Source: Takakia lepidozioides (lineage: Eukaryota > Plantae > Bryophyta). From it: a stretch of DNA of 63,707 bases. The translations under genes and the position numbers were made by a program. The notes under the pieces are model-generated. The model was not told the DNA's origin and searched no databases. It was given only the letters and a program-made list of their open reading frames with translations. Shown here piece by piece: positions 26,601 to 36,900 of this stretch. Location of the stretch: assembly GCA_030704615.1 (NCBI GenBank), contig CM060734.1, forward strand, positions 17,546,294 to 17,610,000, given 5' to 3'. Every line of letters starts with the position of its first letter. Within the stretch, counting starts at the first letter, position 1.

Positions 26601-27904
26601 GAAAATACCTTTCAGTTTCTCGATAAGTTCTTGCACAGGGAAGAACGGGCTAGGGAAGGAACCTCGTTCAAGGAACCTTGTCAAGATACAGCAGCAGCTC
26701 AGGTCTGTAGTACCATGCCCGTGATATAGACAAAACATCTTCTAGCAACAGATTAGAGTTGGGTATTTTCTCATGGTGCCACAAGGAGCAAAGCCATATC
26801 TAAGAGAAGTATAGAAGCACTTGATCAAAGGACATGGTAGTCACTCAATCATAAGGTATCTGATTCTGATATAAGGCATCGGCTACATGAGACTAGCTAA
26901 CAAAAGTAGTGTGCATTGACCGGATCATGTATAAGGTGTACACATACTCCCGTAAGCTGTCTTACCAGGGCTTAGCTCATAATATCGGCATTCAAAAGTC
27001 CTTTAGATGCTCTGTGCTTATTTCAGGTATCATCAAGGATGCCTTACTTTTCATACCCAATCAATCAACCATACTATTGCTGGAGAAGAACATACCTGGC
27101 CAAGGGAGATTCATACCCCAGGGCTTTCAGTTCATCATTCTAGTTTGGAATGTGTTTGTTGCCTATCTGCCAAGGCCCTTCCAAAAATATTGTTAGTACA
27201 TCAAAATGAGAAGGTGAAATAGGAAAGGAGAAGGGTAGATGGTGTGTACAAAAACCACTAAGTACACTGATCAGATAAAGAGAGGGAAGATATACATGTC
27301 ATGTCAGGACATGTACAAGACCACTGAGGTCATTGTCATTGAAAGACAATGCAGCCCTTTACAGGGCACCATCTAACAACCCTTTTTTTTTTAACCATCT
27401 CATTTGAATACCTCGTTACATTTCAGGGTATCTGAACAAAACAGGCTGGGAGGGCGGGATTCATGGTCATTCATATCATGAAAGCACCATGGGTTTGATA
27501 TTCATCACCATACTTGTAGATTGTAATCTCATTTCAAAAACCCAGATTGCAGGTCTGGACATAAATCTCCAGAGCCAAGCATATAGCACTTAAAATTGAA
27601 ATTGAAACATTAAGACATACATGTCTTAAGCATATTCCAGCCAACCCATACTGGTACATCTGGATCCGGTATTTCTATTGCAGGCCAGCGGAGACGCAAA
27701 GCAAGCACAATATAAGGAGTATATTAAGAGACCATATAGAGCTTACCAATTTTTTGTCCCAAGAGATCACTTGGGGTACTTTAGAAAACAGTTTGTAGTC
27801 TAAAAAGAGCCCAACAATGTGATGCTCGGTAGTCTATAAATAACCACAATGTCTGTTTTACAAGACATAAGACACAAGCAGGATTCATAAAATAAAAACA
27901 GGGC
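23659..27904 (+). repeat. Tandem array (~1.4 copies) of the 2952-bp repeat unit
   Basis: 23659 onward recurs at 26611. Near-identical ORF translations at 23957 and 26909. Confidence 0.93.
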
Positions 27905-28380
27905 TGTCAAGTTAAATAAGCACAGTGTGAAAACAACTAGAATAAAGCTAGTTATTTGTATTTAACACTTGGATTTAGGTCAAGTGTTAAATCAGGTGTC
28001 AAGTTTAGTTTGACACCTGAACCGCCTTATCTTCACGAGAGCGGCAGTCGCGTAGCTCATCTCTCTCGAGTTGAGCCTGCGCGACCGAGCTCCTTCATGC
28101 GTTTAGATTTGAGTGTGCTTATGATGGGAGTGTAGGTTGTTGTGGGGTGGAGTCCCCATAGCTTGGGGTGCCTTTGGCTCGACTTCTGTTTTAAAGAGTG
28201 ATAGCGATGGATTCATGTTGTTTCTGGTGTGAGCAGTGTGTCTCTTAGCTTGTTCTATCACTCGAGAGAGATGATCTCTTACCTGTGAGTGCAAGGTAGG
28301 AGTTGAGGGTTAGCACTTGTATGATTACCTGTGTGAGAGTAGTGCTTAGTTTAAGAAGCTTTAAAAAAAAAAAAAAAAAA
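27905..28380. mobile_element. Possible LTR-like insertion truncating the tandem unit
   Basis: Abrupt switch at TGTCAAG; internal hairpin TCAGGTGTCAA..TTGACACCTGA; ends in an A-run. No partner found. Confidence 0.3.
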
Positions 28381-29109
28381 CAAAATATGCAGGTTTCGAT
28401 CAGCGTTGGTTCTGGCATAAGGCCGCCGGCAGGACGGAGCTACACTGCATGGAAGCAGCCTTCGTTTTGGTCAGTGGGAGATATCATGGTGGAGCAGCAG
28501 GATGATGCGCAAATGTAAGGAAGACTGTGTCTGTTGGTAGCTGCTGACAACCGCAACTCTGTCCCTGGACTTCTTCTCCGGAGGTGGAAGCCTGTGTGCA
28601 GCGTGCATGCAAGAGTGTGGTTGTGACAGGGGAACAGCGCTTGCGGTTGCATTACTACTGCAAGTTGGCACTCGGTGCGTCGCTATAACTGCAACTGTAC
28701 AGGAGCACTGCGAGAGGCAGATTGTCTGCAGCCTTGCTGTACCTGGTCAGTCCAATGGTGACACATCCATACCTTGTTAAAGCAATATGGACAGTTGTCG
28801 ATGAGGACGGCTCTGTGAAGGACACTGCGAGCTAAGAAGGGCTCGCGTACAAGAGCACACACTGGAGCGTTTAAGCAAGTTAGGGCGGGAAAAAAACAGG
28901 CCCAAATAGCCAAGCACATGAAGTAGTGAATGTTGATGGAAGACAACCTGTGACACTCCCATTTTGCTGGAAGAGATCGTTGATTAATTGATGTTCCTGG
29001 AGCTTCAGGTGCAGGCCCTACATCGCTGGCTAACAAGACTGATTTACAAGCAAAACCTGCAGGGCAATCTGCCGAGAGCCTCATCTGCTTCTCGGAGGGG
29101 TTTCCGTAA

Positions 29110-29628
29110 ATGCCCAGCTTGTGCCCAGCCTGGGCAACAGGGGGAATCCCGCCTTCAGAACTTGGCTTTGGCATACCAGAGAACTCTGCAACCTTTGGCG
29201 TTCCTTCTTTCCCAGGCCCTGTGCCGACCTTCTCCAATGTGTCCTTGTCTCTCTCACCATCTGCTGCCTCGGCAAGCTCGCAGTGGAGACCTGCTTGCGG
29301 GCTGTTTTCTGGATTTAGAGTGGGTTTGAAGTATAGAAAAGAACTTGGAGATTACAGTGGGCAGGTCGCAGCCGGTGCGTCCTTGACGTGGAAGGCCACA
29401 ACGGAGAGGAATGTGGTAGCCAGGGCTGCTGGAGATGCCCCAGAGTCAGAGGTCGAGATTTTCTGAGGTCACCATCCCAGCCATAGTTTCCCTCAAGTCA
29501 AAAGCATATTGTTAAAGAAGAAGGCTAAACGATTGGAGCTTCGAAGGAAGAGGCTGGTGCGCAAGCGCAAGTTAAGGAAGAAAGGCCAATGGCCTCCTTC
29601 CAAAATGGCCAAAATCAAGAATGTATAG
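29110..29628 (+). pseudogene. PSRP5: Plastid-specific 50S ribosomal protein 5 (cL37), disrupted copy
   Basis: C-terminus LLKKKAKRLELRRKRLVRKRKLRKKGQWPPSKMAKIKNV* follows a transit-peptide-like Ser/Ala-rich region. In-frame TGA at 29464-29466; 5' start uncertain. Confidence 0.85.
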
Positions 29629-30332
29629 GGCCTCAGGAGGGTTCAGGGATAAGAGAAAAGAAAGTTATCACGTCTGCGGGAGGTCCAACAGGTCCAAGGA
29701 GCACACGTACAACACCACAGTAGAACCACAGACATAAAAAAAAGCAGCTCAATTCTCAAACTTCACACACAGCAAGTGTCGCAATCAACGGCCAAGCTCT
29801 TGTATGCTCTGCTCTGCTCCTGTTGTGCTGAATGTTGGTGAAGTGAAGCGTGGTTCCGATGTGGCAGATGTGTTGTGCAAGTCCAGCAACCATCCACGAA
29901 TCTTTCGATTGCAGGCCGCCTGTCCATAAGCCATGAAGGTGTTGCGCAGTGCATCTCTTGACCTGCTCTTGAAATCGCCCCTACCTGGACGAACTACTTG
30001 GACGTGTTGGGAACTCGTAGGTGACTTGGGAGCAGTTTTAATGGCGAGAACGTTTTGGTGTTAAAAAAAAAAAAAATGGCCTTTTTGATCTAATTCAAAT
30101 GATTTAGAGCCTAATTGGTCATATCTTTGTCAAATGGACTCCGTTTGACTCAGTTTTTGAGGGATAGCTGCAAAGGGGAAATCTACCAATCTAGACCTGC
30201 TTTTTGTTTTGGGACTCTGCTAAAAATCTATGGAATTTTTAGAGTGTGAGTGTGCCATGAACGATCCACAATTCTGTTTCTAGAACCTGTTCTGGTCTAT
30301 ATGATAGAAAAATTTGTGGATGTCCTCCTTGT

Positions 30333-31082
30333 ATGGCTGGGGGAAATGAGGACGTAATTGAAGGGCAGGTCTCGTCTCTTAGCCTGTGCACACAAGGGGG
30401 CAAGATTTATGTTTCCCAAGGAACTCAGACTGATTTGAGTGGAGAACAATTCGACGAGTTGATTGCATACTGGGAGTCAGGCATTAGCAGTGGACAACAG
30501 ACTGCTGTAGTTGGCATTGAGGGCCTCAATATCACTTTGGACAGTCAGAACTCTGTTGGAGCCAGCAGTTCTGCAGCTGTAGGTGAAATACCAAAGTGGG
30601 TGAAAGCTAGGCTTGGAACACAGCCAAAGACAGCCCCGGGGACCAAGGTGTTCAACCACAAGGCCGTGGTGTACTGGAGTAGAGGAGCAGGAGCTACACA
30701 AGTTTGTGCAATCAGACAGCGTTGCAGCCGGACACGCTCTGCACAAGGCAACCACGAGCGGGGGTTCATTAGTAAGGACAAGTTTGTTCTGTTTGAAGGA
30801 GATGCAATCATTCGCAATGAGGACACCCGCAACCGTCTCAAAGCTTTTGAGTTGAGAGACTATCAGACCCTACCTTTGTTTTCTTTAGTGTTTAGTGAGC
30901 GGGAGATAGGGGAGTATTGCTTTGTCTCTACCTGGCAGAAAGAAGAGGAGGGTTGGTTAGAGCGAGCTACTGTAGCTTGGGACAAGGTTAGTGGCAGGTT
31001 TCTGGACATAGATATACCTCCTACATCTTACCATCATGCAGAGCGAGGCACTTTGAGAAAAGTCTGGCAGTTGATAGCATAG
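30333..31082 (+). CDS. Hypothetical 249-aa ORF, probably a retroelement accessory ORF
   Basis: Intact ATG-TAG ORF in a repeat context; no recognisable motif. Confidence 0.45.
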   Translation: MAGGNEDVIEGQVSSLSLCTQGGKIYVSQGTQTDLSGEQFDELIAYWESGISSGQQTAVVGIEGLNITLDSQNSVGASSSAAVGEIPKWVKARLGTQPKTAPGTKVFNHKAVVYWSRGAGATQVCAIRQRCSRTRSAQGNHERGFISKDKFVLFEGDAIIRNEDTRNRLKAFELRDYQTLPLFSLVFSEREIGEYCFVSTWQKEEEGWLERATVAWDKVSGRFLDIDIPPTSYHHAERGTLRKVWQLIA

Positions 31083-31821
31083 ATCAGGATTAGATCTTGC
31101 TTGGTCGGGCTTCTATTCTTTCCCTCCATCTCTGTACTATTTTCATTACCTATGTACCTTGACTTGTAGTTGCCAAAGCCTCTCTTGGTGGAGGCCAGTC
31201 AGTCCGGGGTTTGGGCTGGGCTATTCTGTAGGATCAGCATTGCAGCTGGATTTTGGTGTGGGGTGTTGATGTTTTGATTTCTTGTGTTTGGATCCCCCCC
31301 AACACCTGCATGCTTGACTGTGCGCCATGTTGGTTTTGTGTGGGCGCTTGCTTTCATAGGGGGCTGCTATTTCATGAGCCATGAGCCATGAGCGGCATGA
31401 GCCATGAGCAGAGTCGTAAGTGTGGAAAAAAACATGAGCAGCACTATTTTCCGGAAATGAGTGTCCGCGGGAATAGGGTTTAGGGTGCCACGGTCATAGG
31501 GGGAGAAGGACCTCCCGATGAAGGAGGTTCGGCAATGTTATTTAGAATTATATATTGAAAGGCAATGTTTCGCGAATGGTAGGGTGGTATTGCTCTGTAC
31601 AATGGGGGCCCATTTCAGCCTACCAGCCATTTGCAAAATTCACCCACACTCCCAATCCCAAACGAAATGAGCAATGACGCATTCTCGGAACAATGGACAC
31701 AGAATAGAATAAAAAGAGGGCACAATGAGGTTTTTATTGATCCACATGAATTGCATTTGAAGCACGTCTACTGTGCTGATTGTGCCCTCAAATCTTGAGC
31801 CCTGTGCCTACTGAATACAAG

Positions 31822-32496
31822 TCACGTTGTCAATGGGACTTCGACTGCTCTCAGAACTAGCTCATGAGTCCTGGGGCTCCTCCATGTAAAGTCGATTGCA
31901 GCCGTTGTACCGCCCCTAGTGATGTTCACCACAATGTCCTGCCCTTCAATCATACCACCATCGAATATGGAAATCTTCACGTTTTCGTCGTCCACACCAA
32001 TGCGAATGTCCCCATACAATGGAGAAGAGGAGCGCACTCCTCGAGGAGAATAGGTCTCTCCGATGGAGTCCACCCACGTCCAGTGGCAGCAGTTCCACCG
32101 CAACAGCATAGCAGTGCGCCTTCTTCTGCATGGGTGACCGTCGTAGCTGGGAAAATCGGAATCGAGGATGCGCAGGAGCCACGGACTCCTCAAACCAAGA
32201 TCGTCACCCCGCTCGAAGGCGTAGTGGCCTACGATATACTCAAAAGCCACCAATGTTTCCACAATCGAACCAGTATCTTCTGTGTAATCTGTGTACCAGA
32301 TAACAATGTCTCCCGATGTGGCCGAATACATTGCATAATCGATGCCTCCAAAGGGGCAGTCGTCCCGGTTCCGGAAGCACGGCATCCTTGCAAAGGAGGA
32401 CCTGAGGACGACTTGGATGCCGATGACCTTGCGGACAGCTACGAAGCCCTTAGATTTTGGAAAAGATACGAAGCGGAAGAGCAGTCCGGCCTCCAA
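31822..32496 (-). CDS. Hypothetical accessory protein of the MULE (>=224 aa, 5' end uncertain)
   Basis: Long ORF, open on both strands in codon register. AATAAA lies ~85 bp downstream on the minus strand. No known motif recognised. Confidence 0.45.
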   Translation of the reverse strand: MEAGLLFRFVSFPKSKGFVAVRKVIGIQVVLRSSFARMPCFRNRDDCPFGGIDYAMYSATSGDIVIWYTDYTEDTGSIVETLVAFEYIVGHYAFERGDDLGLRSPWLLRILDSDFPSYDGHPCRRRRTAMLLRWNCCHWTWVDSIGETYSPRGVRSSSPLYGDIRIGVDDENVKISIFDGGMIEGQDIVVNITRGGTTAAIDFTWRSPRTHELVLRAVEVPLTT

Positions 32497-33013
32497 AATG
32501 GAGCATCTGGGTCACACGTACCCACCGACGGAGGTGGAACGTGTTCATCACGCCAGCGGTGGATGAAGCCATACATCTTTCTCATCAACAAGTTATAGTT
32601 TGAGATCTGCCACCGAAGTCCATCCCCCCGGATGAAAATTCGGCGCCGCATTAACATCGAAGAGGGGATGGACTTCGTCGTGTCCAGTGGCTATCGGCCC
32701 ACCTGGCAGTGACTGCCCATAGTTTGCATGGCAGGGTAGGAAACTGAAACGGCTACATTCATGCAGCAGCCAATCTTCATCGGTCCAGGATCCTGTACGG
32801 GGGAAATTTAAATGTGCCCTGGAGTGTGCCCTGGAATGTACCTCACTTCTGTATAACTGTGTTTCATTGTGTTGAATAACTCTCGGATTTGGCCCACTGT
32901 TTACAATTTGATGTCTCATTTCTACAATTTGTCTGTCTGGTTGAATAAAGCAGAGTAACCGGTATGTGAGTCATGTGTCAAGAATATACCAGAGTAACGC
33001 CATGTCGGACATT

Positions 33014-33756
33014 GAAATGCGGCACCGCATTTCCATGTCGGCATCGAAATGCGGCGCCGCATTTCCAAGTCGGGATCGAAATGCGGCCCGCATTTCCATG
33101 TCGGACATCGAAATGCGGCACCGCATTTCCATGTGGGACAAGAAATGCGGTGCATCATTTCCGTCCAGGTACACGAAATACCAACACGGGTCTATAAATT
33201 GATCAGAAAACGAGGTTGGCATTGCAAATGCGGCGACGCATTTCCAGCTTGGCAATGGAAACTTCTTTTTGGACAAGGGAATGCGGTGCCGCATTTCCGT
33301 CCAACACTTCGAAAAGTGCACCTATTTCCGACCAGCGCGATGGAATGCGTTACCGCATTTCCGAGAGAGGGTCTGCAAATTGACAAATTGCGATGTCCGT
33401 TCTGGAAATGCGGCGCCGCATTTCCATGTCCGTCATCGACTTTTTTTTACAATGGAATGCGGTGCCAGTTTTTGTTGATGGGTCTGCAGTTCGAACAACC
33501 ACCATCCCCAATATGGAAATGCGGCACCGCATTTCCAATCCCGCCATGTCGGCCTCCTTGTTCGACCTCCTTGTTCGACCTCTGTAAGCGTGGTGGCATC
33601 CATGCAATGAGCGGGAGAGGCCAAAACTGGCGTGTGGACAAAGGAAATTTTGGAAATGCGGCACCGCATTCCCAATTCAGATTACTTTTTACTATGCCAA
33701 CATTGAAATGGAAAATTAGTCCCTCCCCTGTTTTGGAAATGCGGTGCCGCATTTCC
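33014..33756. repeat. Array of ~13 GAAATGCGG(C/T)(G/A)CCGCATTTCC palindromes
   Basis: First five copies at ~32-33-bp spacing, the rest irregular. Confidence 0.92.
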
Positions 33757-33919
33757 AAAAGAGGTTCTTAGAGTTGCCAAAATTTTGGAAATGCCCTGTC
33801 CCATTTCTGATTTTGGGAGCGTCCTGGTTTGGGCGATTGTGTGGCTGGAATGCACACTGGAGAGGGGTCACGAATGTCGGGCAGAATTTTCTTTATATAC
33901 TCTGGAAGAGAATTTACAT

Positions 33920-36900
33920 TTACAGAGACTTCATTAAAATTCTATTAATCTTGAAAATCATCGAATCCTCATCCTGTTCTAGACTGTCCTGCTCCTCCTC
34001 CACCCCCTCAGTGCCTCTCTCATCTCCAGCGGACTGCTCGTTGGCCAGGCTTTCAAAAATCCCATCTTCCCCTTGCGGAACTGTCCATCTCACCTCCGTT
34101 GGGTCGTCTTCCTCCCTGTCTGCGTCGCTCTCATCCGCTGAATCACATATGTACTTTCGTACCCGTCTACCTGTCTGAGCTGCTGCCAACTCTTTCCTTA
34201 TCCTTCTGTCCTCCCTAGCCCTCTCCAAAATCTGCTCTACTTTACTGGGATTCTCACTTCTTCTAATCGCTGTATTTGCGAGTTTAGCTGCATAACTAGG
34301 AAGGGAGTAGTCCCTCACCGGGCTCGTCATGAAGTCGGCCCTCGCAAAGAACGGGACATTCTTCCTGGCAGGAAGTGTAGGCCCTACATGTTTCGACCCG
34401 GACCCTGCAATCCTGCACATGACAATCATCAACGAGACTAATGAGAACCACAGTCGGGAAATTCCTTTGACATAAATGACCCAGAAGGCTTTGCAAACTT
34501 ACAATGTTTGCACTCACTCGTATTCCGGGTTCTCCTCTGCATCAATGTCCACTGTGTCTTCCTCGGACTCCGACGAATCCGAGGAGACTTCCGCTCTGTC
34601 GGGAGCCTTCACATTCCGTTGCAGCCCCTCCAGATGGGATCCCCACACGGATGAATCCTCCTCGTAGGCAAAGAGGTGCCGGTCGGAAAACCGCCCAGCC
34701 CACATTGAGGCACCTGTTACAATGCCATCCACACATTACCACATGGCGCTTCAGATGTTGCGAACTACATCCTAACGAGAATTTGCAGAACAGCAGAGAT
34801 CAAGATTCTGCATACCTGTCCCACAGATGAGGTCCAGCACTGTGCCCTCCACGTCTGTGCATGTCTCCATAATTGTCTGAATGAAGGCAGGGCTCCGAGT
34901 CCGTGAGTACCGCAGGGGTTCCGTTGAAGTGAGGCTATGAGGGAGAAGTTCCTTGGGAACGTTGTTGAACAGAACGTCGTAATCGAGTGGGTCGCAGTTC
35001 GGGTCAACCTTTCCTCCCTCCTTCCGGAAAGCAAAGGTGGAGTTTTCCTTCACAAAGCAGTATGCATCGAACTGCTTCGTCTGCATACACAGGGGGAAAA
35101 CGATTAGAAACCGAATGCGGCACCGCATTTGAAAGCACCCAAGCAAATGAATGGACGAGTGCCAGTGTCGTAATCACCTTCTTCCCTTCCGACCGAAGGC
35201 CCAGTGTGTTGATGCACGTCCACTTCTTTTTCAGAATCGGGACGGCGCTCTTGCGGGTCCACTTCGCAATTCCTGTCTGAGTGTTTTTTCCTCTGCTCGC
35301 CAGGACAACCACACAGCCTCTGTCGTCCAACACCATGCGGGCAAGCCCGAATCCTTTCTTCCAAAAGTCCTCCGAGTACCTGTTCCAAGATGGCAAAGCT
35401 TGCAGTCCTTCCACAGGCTCTCCGTCCGGAATATCCAAGATGATCATATCGCAAGACCACTCGGTGGCATTTCCGCCCCTCCTACAATCCTTGTCTGCAC
35501 ACACCCTCTCAAAGAACGAGACCATATTCTGAAATCCTGGGGTGTCGGAAGGCTCTTCGGCAGTCGCCTTCTTCAGTGCTCTGCCCTTCAGACCCTCCAT
35601 GGTCTTCATGTATGCCAACTTGGCTGCCCGTCCATCCAAAGCCGCCAAGAAACTCTCATTTACACACTGGACTACAGTTTCGGGAGCCACTTTCGGCCTC
35701 TTCATTTCCACCGGCTCGAAAGGGTGCCCCCCTGGGGGGTTGAAGAGTGCCTTCTTTGCCGAGCCAGTTCTCGTGCCTCTCGTGACAACGGTGGGCACAG
35801 GGGAGGCAGCCTGCGTTTGGGGGGGTGGGCTGGTTGCAAAGTCTCCATCGGAGTCCTCTTCCTCACCCTCTTCCTGAACAGGCTGTTTCTGCTTCTTCGT
35901 TTTGGCGGGTGTCACAACAGCTGCTCCTTGCTGGCGAGTCCTCTTCTTCGACCCCTTCTGTTGGGCCTGCACAGCTGCATCCACCGTCTTTTGTGCCATC
36001 TCAGCTGCCTTTCTGGATTCTTCCAGAGCAGCAGATTCCTTTGCCGACTTTGGCCCAGCAGGGACACGTCTTTCCTTTCTCTTCTCTTCTGCCAAGGCGT
36101 GCAGATCTTTCTCAGACTCGTCAACAATACCGCCAGACATGTCCAGGTACCACGGGCATCCAACGAGATGCGCGGGATGCCATTGTTTCTGCATCTCGGG
36201 TGTGTAGACACAGCTTGGGCCCGCCACGGTCCAAGCCATGAAGAACGGGGGCTCTTGAGCCAGGGCCCCTGTCTGAAGGAGCACGTATTTCATATACCTG
36301 CAAGGCAGTCAGCATGCGTGAGCAAAACTTGAGACCAACCTACTGGCAGAGTGCCACCGAAAACATAAAATGCGAATGCGGTGCCGCATTTCCGAGACAA
36401 ACCTCGTAACCAGGCTTCGCATACAAGGGCAGCTGTGCTTCACCTGTAAACAATTCGCATTGCAGCTTTCCCCGCTCCCTCCTGATGTGTAAACTCCACG
36501 CTCCTTCTTGCTGTCTGTAGCTCTCTGGCGAAAAGGTTGTCCTTGTACGCACATCTGAAACGTGTCACGTAGTCTTCCAATGTCTGTGTTCCATCCCATT
36601 TGACGTACAAGCCGAACGAATTTGTGTGCATTACGACTTGCTCCTTTGCATTCGACATTACCTGCCATTCCCAAATGCATTGTCACGTAGCAGTTCAGGG
36701 AATTCATGTCAGAAAAGCAAATCTGGGGAAGTACCTTGAATTACCTGGAACCACCAAGTCATACGGTTGAGCCACACATCCACTGCAGGGTCGGAAACTT
36801 CCAGTGGAAAAGACCACATTGTCCTTATGCTCTCGGATGCATTCCAGATCGACAGCCACCGTGTCTGCCATTTCCGATCCAATGTCAGTGGCTGGAAGAG

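Noticed and set aside
23659-26610. Hammerhead ribozyme/retrozyme interpretation of the tandem unit
   Set aside because: I found no CTGATGA...GAAA core with flanking stems by eye.
29452-29480. GT..AG micro-intron that would remove the PSRP5 stop
   Set aside because: 29 nt is too short and would not restore the frame.
35151-36332. 393-aa plus-strand ORF
   Set aside because: Antisense shadow of the ParB-MTase exon; no motifs.
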